Positions 44,576-54,424 of a DNA stretch of 64,000 nt are shown in pieces (position 1 is the stretch's first letter; every line of letters begins with the position of its first letter). Made by a program: the position numbers and the translations under genes. The stretch spans positions 4,224,001 through 4,288,000 of the forward strand of contig OZ253462.1 in NCBI GenBank assembly GCA_965261395.1. The letters run 5' to 3'. Under the pieces are notes generated by a model that had not been told where the DNA came from, searched no databases, and worked only from the letters and a program-made list of their open reading frames with translations. This DNA is from Candidatus Latescibacterota bacterium (lineage in GTDB: Bacteria; Latescibacterota; UBA2968; UBA8231).

Positions 44576-47500
44576 TCAATAGGCCAGAGAAGAGACGGCC
44601 TTTTTGATCATTGCTAGGGCGGCGCTGAACATACCGATCAGTGACATGCCAACCCCGAAACCCACGCTCAGAACCATGGCGTAGCGTCGCCATTCTTGCT
44701 TGCCGTACTGCTTCCAAAAATAATGCCTACCCAGCAGGGCACCGATGATTTGCGGAATGAGAAAATGCGGAATGCCGTTGACGCTTTGGACGTATCCCCA
44801 GACCAGAAAAATCGGCATTCCCAGAAAGGCCAAAGTGAAATACGCCGTCAGACCGAATCCCGCGCCGCCGAGGATGATGGGCCACTTCTTGCCGTCGAGG
44901 GGATGGTGCGTATCCTCGTCTATCAGACCGTCGCCGTCGTCGTCTTTGTTGTTGACTAGTTCTTCGTCAAGGCCCTCAATGGCTCCCGCCCGATAGGTCA
45001 ACCCCGGCTGGACGGGCGGCGCGGCGGCCACCCAGCCTTGGTGTCGGCCCTCGTCCCGTTCCCACTCGACTAGCACCGCTGCCGCCGTCTCTTCCACAAC
45101 CGCGGCAAAGGCGGCAACCACCTCCTCGCTGCGCCACGTATCTTGGTCGATACTCCGGCCATTGACCGTCATAAGATGGTCCCCTGCTTGCAATCCCAAG
45201 CGGTGCCCCAGCCCCTCCCCGGCCACGATGGCGACGCGCACTGCGTCGTATTCGGTCCACCCCTCGACAAATGAAGTGTCCGCCGCAAACTCAAGTCCCA
45301 GTCCTTCCCCCGGCCGACGCACCAAGGATCGACGCATGGTTTTCTCATCCCGTTCCCAAGCGACAAACACGGAGTCCGCGCCCTGGGTAAAATACCTGCC
45401 GATCCGCCCGGTATCCCACTCGGGCACGCGGAGTTCGACGCCGTTTACTGCGAGCAGGCGGTCGCCTTCCGCCAGCCCGAGCTGGCCACCTACCCCCTCC
45501 GGCTCCACGCCAGCGACGATGGCCGCGATATTGAGATCGCCGTCGTCGTCCTTGCGGTCGCCTGTAAAGCGCATATCCCGCCACAGGACCTCAAAGAGCA
45601 AGGGCCGGTCCGAGGAGCGCTGCAAAAACTCGCCGTCAAAGCTGGGCAGGCGATCCACTTCAAAATAGAAGTCAAGCGAATCGCCCGGAGCCAGATCAAC
45701 CGAGACCCGGAAGTTGGGGTTCGGCGTGGCAAGGGCCATGCCGTTGGGAGGCCAAAGTAGCTGGGGGCCAGCCGACGGCTCGGCGGCGGTCTGCTCGGCG
45801 GCTTCCGGGGGTGGCGGAGCGCCCTCGCCGCCGAAGTTGGTGTAGAAGTACCCAGTCTGCGACCAAGGGCCATAGGTGCGCTTTACCGGATCGGGCACGC
45901 CTAAATCTCTGGTGGTGCTCGCCCGCCAGTACCACCAGCGGCCGTCCTGCAAATTGCTCGGGCTCCACACGGCTTGGCCACCGGGCACAACATCCCCTTC
46001 CAACTCCTCCCCGGCACGCCACATTTTGCTGTACATCGTGCTGGATAAGTAGAGCGCTTGGTCAAAGGCCCGCAGCGGCCACATTAGCTGCGCGTACGGG
46101 TAGCTCTCCGAGGGGATGGGGGCCAAGCGCCAGAGGAAAGTCCAGTACATCAGACTCACCGCAAAGACGATGGGCAACATAAAGAGTTCGGCCTTGAGCA
46201 GGCTGGTAAACTTCATTCCGGTCAGCTCGACGACCCTAAACCCCTCGGCGTGCCCGCCGAAGTTGCGGGCCGGAAAGGGCACGAACCAGATTTCGACCCC
46301 GCGAAAGCCAGTCATAAAGCGAATGGCTTCATCGACATAGGGAATCGAAATCTCCTTGCCGACTAAGCCATCGAGCCGGGCGCTGACAAAGGACATGATC
46401 GGCGCATAGACAAAGGCGATGAGCACGAACATTACCAGCAGGCCGGTGCTGACCAAGGTGGGAAACAGGGTCTTGGCCAAGACGATCGGATAGATCGCCG
46501 CCACGCAAAACAGCGAAGCGCAAATCCACAGATTGAAATCGCCGCGGCCGAGGTGCTTTAAGCAGTACCCCTTCACTTCGGCCGGGTGGTTGCAGTCCGA
46601 GTGCTTGCACACCGTGGGCTGGCCGGCCCCTTGGAGCTGGAGCTTCTCCCGCAGCTCGGCCTGCTTCTCGCGGCCAGTAGAAAAAAGCTGGTAGAAGCTA
46701 ACTATGGTAACGGCGATGGTGATGCCAATGGAAAAGGCGCGCCAAAAATCGATCCCGGTGGCGATCTGAGTGCGGATGGTGTCCATGCCGACTTCCCAGC
46801 GCGGCATATAGCCCAATTCGTAGAGAAAGGGGCTGACGGCCGTGTGCAGCACCACCCCAGAAAAGGAGCCAACCACCGACCAGAAGGGCATGAGCAACCC
46901 GGTGAATATCGGCCCCAAGTGCACGGCGATCCCCAGCGGCGTGGCAGGGAGGATGTTGCCGAAATAGGGCGTCAGATCCCAGAAGGGAATCGGCAAGATC
47001 TCCACTTTGGACCCCCAGAGCTGGGTGACCACCGGCACCCCTACGTAGATGGCCCCGAATGACGCACCGATAGCCGCGCCGATGCTGAACACCGGCCACT
47101 TCCACGTCTCCTGCTCAGCCCCGGAATCCTCGGCCAGCGCCATGGCGGCCAGCGCCGACATCGGCGCGGTCGGAAAGGGCAATTGCTCGCGGTCGGAGGT
47201 GAGCCGAAAGAGCATGTAGCCGGAAGTAAACCAGGCGATGCGGCCCATGATCGTCCCGATCACCAACAGCAGGATCGGGGCCAGCCAGTCGCGGTGGATA
47301 AAGGTCCGCTCGGCAATGGCCTCCGAGTCGGGCGGGGGTGCCCACCACCACGGCAAAATGCGCGAGATCCCGAATTGCTCGGCTTCGGCCGAACGCACGA
47401 AATACTGACGCCAGAGCAAGTCGAGGAACGCGCCTTCCTCGCGGGCGACCAAGGCGGAGGCCACGTACACCAGCAGGTAGATTTCCTGGCGCTTGAGCGA

Positions 47501-47767
47501 GGTAAACGAGCGTTTGGAGACTTCTAAAAAGAGAATCACCGTCACCCATTGCGCTGCCGCGCCCACACCGCCACCCGTGTACAGCCCGAGGAACATCTCG
47601 CCGGGGGTCATAATCAGCGAGATAAAGAGCACGCCGATAATGGTGCGGATCGTAAAGCCCTCGTCAAAGCGGTCGGGGGCTTCGAGCAAGGCACGGTACT
47701 CTTCGACCTCTGCCCACTGGCGCTGCCTTTTTTCTTCTTGACGCCTTTTCTTTTTGTCGTCGTTCAT
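44576..47767 (-). CDS. OPT-like polytopic membrane protein with FN3-like, PDZ and Asp-rich insert
   Basis: Many TM helices, EQLPFPTAP; two PDZ-like repeats (GLAEGDRLLAVNG, GLQAGDHLMTVNG); DDDGDGLIDED. Confidence 0.7.
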   Translation of the reverse strand: MNDDKKKRRQEEKRQRQWAEVEEYRALLEAPDRFDEGFTIRTIIGVLFISLIMTPGEMFLGLYTGGGVGAAAQWVTVILFLEVSKRSFTSLKRQEIYLLVYVASALVAREEGAFLDLLWRQYFVRSAEAEQFGISRILPWWWAPPPDSEAIAERTFIHRDWLAPILLLVIGTIMGRIAWFTSGYMLFRLTSDREQLPFPTAPMSALAAMALAEDSGAEQETWKWPVFSIGAAIGASFGAIYVGVPVVTQLWGSKVEILPIPFWDLTPYFGNILPATPLGIAVHLGPIFTGLLMPFWSVVGSFSGVVLHTAVSPFLYELGYMPRWEVGMDTIRTQIATGIDFWRAFSIGITIAVTIVSFYQLFSTGREKQAELREKLQLQGAGQPTVCKHSDCNHPAEVKGYCLKHLGRGDFNLWICASLFCVAAIYPIVLAKTLFPTLVSTGLLVMFVLIAFVYAPIMSFVSARLDGLVGKEISIPYVDEAIRFMTGFRGVEIWFVPFPARNFGGHAEGFRVVELTGMKFTSLLKAELFMLPIVFAVSLMYWTFLWRLAPIPSESYPYAQLMWPLRAFDQALYLSSTMYSKMWRAGEELEGDVVPGGQAVWSPSNLQDGRWWYWRASTTRDLGVPDPVKRTYGPWSQTGYFYTNFGGEGAPPPPEAAEQTAAEPSAGPQLLWPPNGMALATPNPNFRVSVDLAPGDSLDFYFEVDRLPSFDGEFLQRSSDRPLLFEVLWRDMRFTGDRKDDDGDLNIAAIVAGVEPEGVGGQLGLAEGDRLLAVNGVELRVPEWDTGRIGRYFTQGADSVFVAWERDEKTMRRSLVRRPGEGLGLEFAADTSFVEGWTEYDAVRVAIVAGEGLGHRLGLQAGDHLMTVNGRSIDQDTWRSEEVVAAFAAVVEETAAAVLVEWERDEGRHQGWVAAAPPVQPGLTYRAGAIEGLDEELVNNKDDDGDGLIDEDTHHPLDGKKWPIILGGAGFGLTAYFTLAFLGMPIFLVWGYVQSVNGIPHFLIPQIIGALLGRHYFWKQYGKQEWRRYAMVLSVGFGVGMSLIGMFSAALAMIKKAVSSLAY

Positions 47768-50700
47768 CAGCTGTGCTCAGTTTCTGCGGGTGCAGCCAGC
47801 ATCTTCTCTGCGACCCCGAGGTGGTGGGCCCTAGACTCCGCAGCGAGGGTGTGCCAGAGTAGGAACTCTTTCCGCAACCCATTGATAAAGCGGTGGTTGA
47901 CCCGCTGCCAGAAGGTGTCCTGACCACTGATCCGCTGAATGTAAATCTCTACAGTATAGACGGATTTGACCTCAGAGGGCAAAAATTCGAGCTGCATAAA
48001 CTGGCTCACTCCCATGTCGAACGGCGCCAGCCAGAGCAGGAGCTGCACTGCGTACTCCGGACCGCGCTCGCCGTCTTCTTGGACTAATTGGACCTTTTCG
48101 GCGTAGAAGTCGCCGATGGACTCTTCGCTATAGGCGCTGAAGTAACCGGCCAAGAATCCGCACAGACCCCGCACTTCCCCCTTGCTGACCATAAAGGGGA
48201 ATTCCATTTCCCAGCGGTCTCCGCTAGGGGCCGGCGGTACCCAGCGACGGACCGTATCGGGCACGGCCATACGGGCGGCTACCCTAGCCGGATATATAGT
48301 CGAAAGCAGGACTATGGCCATCACGATCAGCGACGAGACAATCGCCGCCATAGACGAGTAATTGAGGCTCAGTCCCTGCAGCAGGTCCAACGCAATGAGT
48401 GCTTTGCCCAGACTCTGGCCGAGAATATAGCCCAAGGTAACGCCAATGATCGCATAGACACATGCCTCGGCCACAAAGAGCAAGGCGATATGCAGCGGTG
48501 CCAACCCCACTGATGAGTAAATGCCGATCTCGCGGAAGCGCTCGTAGACGGCCCCCATCATCGCGTTGAGCACAATCAGCGCAGCGATAAACATCGGTAT
48601 CACCAAGGCCCCCAAGCCCTCGACATTGGTCAACCCAATTGAGGTATAGGAAAACACCTTGGTGGCGGCTTCGCCCGGATCTTTTAGGCCGGCAAAGAGC
48701 GTAATGGCCAGGCGCAGGAGAAAATCCTCGATCAACTCCTGCCCGAGCCCTCCATCCTCCAGCCGCACCGCCACCGAGCGCAACATGCCCCCCGACTCCC
48801 GCAGCGTCCCATAGGGCAAGACCAGCACGTTTTCGGATTCTAGGTGGATGAAGGGACGAATATCGAGCGCCGACTCCTCTAGGGCGATGCTCATATTGTC
48901 CTGGGTTACCGGCCCCAGTGCTTGGCCACTCGACATCTGGAAATCCGCCGGCGTCAGCGACTCGTCGTCGAGGTCGCGGATCGCCTCAAAGAGGTCGGGG
49001 TCGAACACGCCCCGCACCACCAAGTCCCGGCCGAATACCCGCACCCTCGCCGTGCCCAGTTCCGCCGGCCCTATGCCCAGCGCCTCGGCCATGCCCTCGG
49101 CCATCAGGCAGGACACCTCGTCCTCGCGCGTGAAGAAGCTGCCTGCCACCAGCGCTTGGTCAATGCCGGTGACGCGCACTTCCTCCGGCATCAGCCCCAG
49201 CATTCCAGTCGCCCGCACCACCGAAGTATCGCCGAAGACCTCGATGTACTTTTTCTGCTCGTCGTCAAAGGCGACATACCAGTTCCGCGGCACGACCACT
49301 CCTTCGGTGGCGAAGTGGGAACGGGCATAGTCGAGCGTCGGGCGATTCAGCACGTTCCAATTGCGGTCGCGGATCAGCACCCCTTCGTAGGTCCCCTCGT
49401 GGTCCATCGCAAAGGCCATATAGCGGATCTGGGTATTGAACGAGGTGAAGGAAAGCACCGTAAAGGTGAGCAGGACCAAGGTCAGCAAGGTCAGCCCGGT
49501 GCGCAGCTTGCGCCGACGCATATTGGAAATGCCGAGCATAAAGGCCGCGTAGCTGGCGCTGGCGCGGCTGATATCGGTCTCGTGAACGTGGGCTTCCCTC
49601 GCCTGATACGCCTTCATATAGCTATTGAAGCGAGTGCTAATCATCGCCATGACAAAGGCCGCCATCGCCATGATTGCAAAGGCCAGCAAGATCACCAGCG
49701 GATGGGCGATGGCAAAGGCCGGGTGAACCTGGGAAATGGCGATCCAGATCAAAAGCAACAACCCCCCAAACCCCGCTAGCTGCCTGCGAATATCGGCTGC
49801 CGCAAACAGCAACCGCTCCCCCAGAAAGGCCGTTGGGATGACCAAGGCGAGAAAAAATACCATGCCGCTGATGACGTCGTTGAGCGTCTGTAGCACTTCT
49901 GGGTACGCGCGGGCCGTCACCCCCAGCGCGGCCCGGACGTGCTCGACATAGCGCTCCCAATCCCTGGCCTCTTCGGCCTGTCGCGCCTGTTCGATCAGCC
50001 CCTTGCCGCGTTGGTGCAACCGGGCTAGGCGCTGGTTTTCAATGGCGTGCTCGCGCAAGGTGTGCAGCCGCGCCTCGTTGAGCCGCCACATGTCCTCGAC
50101 GGCCAGCATTCCGGTGCGGACCAGTGAGTCCCGCCTTAGCGAGTAGCCCCGCCCGCGCGCCTGCGCCACGCTTTCTGTGCCATCGCTGTTGAGTAAGAGC
50201 AGGCGGTTGTCGATGATCATCTTGATGCCCTCGTCCTCGTCGGCATCCTGTGGCCCAAAGACCACGCCAACGGCCTCGCCCTCGTCAAACCCCCGCGCCA
50301 ACCCGAACTGCCGCGGTTCCACCCCGTTCTGATCGACGATCTTGATCCCCTTGAACGACCGGAGATAGCGCGGGTCGATCATGCTGTAAAAGGGCCGCGA
50401 GATACTGGGAAAGACGACGATGATCTTTTCGTTGGTATTCCAGCGAATTTTGCTGTCGATCATCCACCCATTCACGATCCCGCCGCTGAACTTTGTCGCC
50501 CTTTCCGAAAGGTCAGGCGCAAATCCAATATCTCCGGTGGTTGGATCGACTTGGTAAGCCGCCACCGGATAGGCTCCAGTCCGCAAGCCGTCGATATCGG
50601 CGACGCCTTGGCCGTCCGTGAGGTGGTACTGAGCCCAGCGCACGCTCTTGTGAGATTTGAACCAGGGATCGATTACGACAAGGGCGTCGGCGATCGGACG

Positions 50701-52167
50701 GTCCGGCACTTGGCTACGGCGCGGGAACGTGCGCACCTTGACCCGCAGGGAGCGCAATTTGTCCTTGAGTACGGGACCAAAGTCTTCGAGATCGGCAAAC
50801 AGGGCCTCGTCGTTTACTGCCCGCGCCAGCATGGCGTTGAGCAGGCGGCTTTGGCGGGACAAATTTTCGATATTCATCCGCTCAGGCGTATCGAGCGGGG
50901 TATCGACGATATAGCGAGCGTCGTTGACAGTAACAAACGACAGCGAGACGATCCCAGCGGTCAGCGCATGCTCCCCACTGACCGAGACCCCGCCCGGCAC
51001 GAAGGTCGACCAGTCCATGCCGCGAATCGGGCTAATCCCATTGGCCAGCGGTCGCTCTTGCTCTAGGCCCAACCGAGCGGCCTCCTCCTCGGCATAGGCC
51101 GTAAAACGCCGCCCAAAGGGCACGAAGAATCGCTTGAGATCATAGCTAAAGGTATTGTTCCAGATCCCCAGCCCAGCGGACTGGCTCGTCAGATCAATGC
51201 AGATGAAGAGCTTGGGCTTGAGTGGTTCTTCCATCCGCTCGGCGTAGTGGGGATGGAGGCGGGCATGGCGCTCGAGGAAGTGGACAATCCCCTGCTGAGC
51301 TTGGAAATGCGCGCCCGTGGCCACCAACACGACCGGCCGTCGCGGAGGATGGCGCACTAGATGCTCGGCCAGCGCCAACAACGCGGCGATGCCGCTGGTC
51401 GTTTCGGCCGCCGGGGCCAAGGCTGGCACCACCGACATGCCATCGTAATAGCTTTCGATGACAATGGTCTCGTCGGCCAGGTCTGGATCGGTGCCGGGAA
51501 GCCGGCCCCAGATATTCCAAGCCGTCTCGCGCTGCCAGTCCATCCGCCCCTTGAGCACTACGGAAGTCGGTTGCTGGAGCAGCCGCTCTTTTAGCCGCAG
51601 CCCGGCCGCTCTTGCGATCCAGAAGCGCGGGATGTCCAGCGGCGCGGTGGAGTACTTGGCCGTGGCTTGATTGCGCGTAGTCTCCTCTGGGGCGATAAAG
51701 ACGATGGCGCGCGCACCCAGCGAAGCGGCCTGCAACCAGCGGCTCCAGCTATTGAACTCCATCAGCACCACCCGGCCGTCGAGTTCGAGCCCCGCGTAAT
51801 TCTCCCACTCGCCGTCCCCGCCGTAAATCATCTCGCCCGCGTACTCGGGCAGGGTCGAGGTGCGGACTAAGTTCGGCCACAGGCTGTAGAGGCCATAGCG
51901 CTCCCCGCTCTCTGTGAGGAGTAACTCGCCCCCGTGGTCGATGGGCACGGTGACCTCAAAGGATTCGCGCGCGACCTGTGCAAGCCCAATCTCGCGCAGG
52001 CGTTGCTCGACGTAATCCGCGGCCGCGGCCGCTCCGGGATAGCCGCTCACCCTAGAGCCGAGCGACGACAAATAAGCGACGGTTTCGCGCACTCCGTCCT
52101 CGCGTGCCCAACCGCAGTTTGCGGTCAGCACGAGGGCGCAGAGGATGTAGTAAGTCGAGCGCTTCAT
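47767..52167 (-). CDS. M28-peptidase-like / FtsX-MacB permease fusion
   Basis: Signal peptide, GSRVSGYPG, PA-like region, ESYYD, LGISNMRRRKLRTGLT, ERFREIGIYSSVGL.P..I..LF.AEA. Confidence 0.8.
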   Translation of the reverse strand: MKRSTYYILCALVLTANCGWAREDGVRETVAYLSSLGSRVSGYPGAAAAADYVEQRLREIGLAQVARESFEVTVPIDHGGELLLTESGERYGLYSLWPNLVRTSTLPEYAGEMIYGGDGEWENYAGLELDGRVVLMEFNSWSRWLQAASLGARAIVFIAPEETTRNQATAKYSTAPLDIPRFWIARAAGLRLKERLLQQPTSVVLKGRMDWQRETAWNIWGRLPGTDPDLADETIVIESYYDGMSVVPALAPAAETTSGIAALLALAEHLVRHPPRRPVVLVATGAHFQAQQGIVHFLERHARLHPHYAERMEEPLKPKLFICIDLTSQSAGLGIWNNTFSYDLKRFFVPFGRRFTAYAEEEAARLGLEQERPLANGISPIRGMDWSTFVPGGVSVSGEHALTAGIVSLSFVTVNDARYIVDTPLDTPERMNIENLSRQSRLLNAMLARAVNDEALFADLEDFGPVLKDKLRSLRVKVRTFPRRSQVPDRPIADALVVIDPWFKSHKSVRWAQYHLTDGQGVADIDGLRTGAYPVAAYQVDPTTGDIGFAPDLSERATKFSGGIVNGWMIDSKIRWNTNEKIIVVFPSISRPFYSMIDPRYLRSFKGIKIVDQNGVEPRQFGLARGFDEGEAVGVVFGPQDADEDEGIKMIIDNRLLLLNSDGTESVAQARGRGYSLRRDSLVRTGMLAVEDMWRLNEARLHTLREHAIENQRLARLHQRGKGLIEQARQAEEARDWERYVEHVRAALGVTARAYPEVLQTLNDVISGMVFFLALVIPTAFLGERLLFAAADIRRQLAGFGGLLLLIWIAISQVHPAFAIAHPLVILLAFAIMAMAAFVMAMISTRFNSYMKAYQAREAHVHETDISRASASYAAFMLGISNMRRRKLRTGLTLLTLVLLTFTVLSFTSFNTQIRYMAFAMDHEGTYEGVLIRDRNWNVLNRPTLDYARSHFATEGVVVPRNWYVAFDDEQKKYIEVFGDTSVVRATGMLGLMPEEVRVTGIDQALVAGSFFTREDEVSCLMAEGMAEALGIGPAELGTARVRVFGRDLVVRGVFDPDLFEAIRDLDDESLTPADFQMSSGQALGPVTQDNMSIALEESALDIRPFIHLESENVLVLPYGTLRESGGMLRSVAVRLEDGGLGQELIEDFLLRLAITLFAGLKDPGEAATKVFSYTSIGLTNVEGLGALVIPMFIAALIVLNAMMGAVYERFREIGIYSSVGLAPLHIALLFVAEACVYAIIGVTLGYILGQSLGKALIALDLLQGLSLNYSSMAAIVSSLIVMAIVLLSTIYPARVAARMAVPDTVRRWVPPAPSGDRWEMEFPFMVSKGEVRGLCGFLAGYFSAYSEESIGDFYAEKVQLVQEDGERGPEYAVQLLLWLAPFDMGVSQFMQLEFLPSEVKSVYTVEIYIQRISGQDTFWQRVNHRFINGLRKEFLLWHTLAAESRAHHLGVAEKMLAAPAETEHS

Positions 52168-54320
52168 GCCCAAAAAATGGAGTTCCCCACTTTTCCCGTG
52201 AAGTAATCTATGACCAACCAGAGTCCATTACACGAAACCTGCCCGCAGATCAGCCCTAGAAAGAACATCTGACTGCGGCGGTACAAAGCCACCCCGCCGA
52301 AACGCATGATCATCCTCTTGATAAACCAAGCCAAGAACACGCTAAACCACACGTGGTTGAGCATGCCGTTGGCCCCAATGGGAAAGCCGATGGGATGCAC
52401 CGGCCACCAAGGCAGGCGCTGTCGCGCCCACATCATCGCCCCCATCACCAGCGCGCCGCCGGACAAAAACCCTACCCCCGGCCAGTGCACGCCCGCCGGC
52501 TCTATGTTGCGGAGCGCGTTGTTGTAGGCGGTTTCGGGCGCGCCTTTGAAAAACCAACTGTTGAGGTTCACTCCGCCGTGCTGATAGGCCATGTGGAAAA
52601 TCATCCAAAATGCACCGAGGGCACCGATGAACAGCGCGAGAATAATAGCCCAAAACACCAGCCGCCGCAGCCGCGGCTCCATCTCCTCGATTAGCTTGAG
52701 GGCATTGGTGCAGGTTGCCATGACGAACACCCGCACATCCGCGCCCCACATATAGGCCAACGACAAGTTCCACACCCCAGTCTGGCTTACTAGATCGGTC
52801 CCCAACCCCAAGATTACCAAGTCGGGCGCCGTCATCGGGGCGCGCACCGCTGCCAAGCCGGCTTCGGCGACGATCCGCGTAATCCCTAAAAAGACGAGCA
52901 GGGCCAAGACGACAAAAACAAACGCCACCCACAGCGGCGTCCCCATGATCCACAGCCACCACGACATGACCAAGACCCCGCCCACTGCACCGAAAAAAGA
53001 CCAGCGATAGGACATGATCTCATCCCCATCCTCCACCTCTGGTGCCCATCCGAGGGCCTTTTTACACACATTGCGAAAGTGTTCCCTCCCCACCCACAGG
53101 CCAACCCCGACCATGGCCAGCAAGGCACCGACTCCTTGGTAGGCCATCAGAGAAACGTCGGCTACACCGAAGACGACCTTCTGCTCGGACGTCACGCCGG
53201 CCAGCGCGAAAAGCTCTTTTTCAAACTTGGCCAAGAGATGGAAGAACCAAATACCAGCGGCGATATTGGCATTGATGAAGTACGAAAACCCGATCATGGC
53301 AAAGCTGACGGTCAGTTGCAAGGTCTGCTTGCCCACCAAGGAGATCGACGAAGTCAGGGAGAAGACCGGAAAAGCCGCGTCGTAGCGGTGCAGGGCCTTC
53401 AAGCTGCCAAAAAAGAGCGGTAAAATAAAACCGGCCCACATGGCTGGCTGGCGAAAAAAGGTATTGATCTTAAGCCCGCGCTCCTCGCCGCGCACCATCG
53501 CCAGCCCTACCTGAGTAAGCGGATAGGGCAGCCGCTCGCGCTCCATCCACTGCCGACGGACTATCACCGCGACCGACACCATGGTCACGTATAGCGCCAA
53601 GAGAAAAACTGCCCACCAGCACAACGGCTCAGCCCACGCCGCGTAGGGAATCACCTCCCCAGGTGCCAACCCTTCGTAAAAGGATTGGCTGTCCCGACCA
53701 TCGATGACGAGGATCTCGCGCTCGGAAAAATGGGGAAAGAGCACTTCCCGCCACTTGTTTTCCGGCGAGGCAAAGTAAAACACTGCCGTGATCATCGGCA
53801 GAATTTGTTCGCTCAGGCCCATAGTGCAAAGAGCCGAGACGATCAACAGCATGACGTATACGAGAATCAGCTCGGCCCGGTTGAGGACCAAACTCCGCCC
53901 GGAGAAGATCAAGGCCATGTTGAGCAGGGATGAGGCGAGGATGAAGGTGGCAAAGAAAAAACCCGGGGCAAAGGGATTGAGGGGAGCCACCCACCCATAG
54001 TAGAAGCTGTAAAGCGCACAGGAGATCAAGGCCCAAACCACTGCGCCCGGCGGGCTAGCGGCAACCTTGAACAGCACATTGAGCAGTCCGATGAGCACTA
54101 GAAACAAAAAAATGGCCCCTGGCGTACTGAAATCCAAGGCCATGTAGGAACCGCGTATGATCATGTTGCCGTACGGAGCGCCGACGGCTAGGAAAAAGCT
54201 GAGGAACGCCCCCACCCAAAACGCACGCATGGTTAGCTGCTGGGTACCAGGCGGCGCAAGAAGGGCTTGGTCGCGCCCGGCGAGGTGGTTTAGGTAGTGG
54301 GTCGGCAAGCGTCTTAACAA
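52164..54320 (-). CDS. DUF6785/DUF6784-like polytopic membrane protein
   Basis: RRQWMERERLPYPL, RIVAEAG, WWPVHPIG, FFLGLICG. Confidence 0.75.
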   Translation of the reverse strand: MLRRLPTHYLNHLAGRDQALLAPPGTQQLTMRAFWVGAFLSFFLAVGAPYGNMIIRGSYMALDFSTPGAIFLFLVLIGLLNVLFKVAASPPGAVVWALISCALYSFYYGWVAPLNPFAPGFFFATFILASSLLNMALIFSGRSLVLNRAELILVYVMLLIVSALCTMGLSEQILPMITAVFYFASPENKWREVLFPHFSEREILVIDGRDSQSFYEGLAPGEVIPYAAWAEPLCWWAVFLLALYVTMVSVAVIVRRQWMERERLPYPLTQVGLAMVRGEERGLKINTFFRQPAMWAGFILPLFFGSLKALHRYDAAFPVFSLTSSISLVGKQTLQLTVSFAMIGFSYFINANIAAGIWFFHLLAKFEKELFALAGVTSEQKVVFGVADVSLMAYQGVGALLAMVGVGLWVGREHFRNVCKKALGWAPEVEDGDEIMSYRWSFFGAVGGVLVMSWWLWIMGTPLWVAFVFVVLALLVFLGITRIVAEAGLAAVRAPMTAPDLVILGLGTDLVSQTGVWNLSLAYMWGADVRVFVMATCTNALKLIEEMEPRLRRLVFWAIILALFIGALGAFWMIFHMAYQHGGVNLNSWFFKGAPETAYNNALRNIEPAGVHWPGVGFLSGGALVMGAMMWARQRLPWWPVHPIGFPIGANGMLNHVWFSVFLAWFIKRMIMRFGGVALYRRSQMFFLGLICGQVSCNGLWLVIDYFTGKVGNSIFWA

Positions 54321-54424
54321 ATGGAGCCCCCTGCTGTATAGCGATGACTTGTTATAATAAGTCGCTTAACCGATTGGGACAACGCGAGTTGACGGCATTG
54401 GTATTTAGGGGTTTTTTCCTAGAT

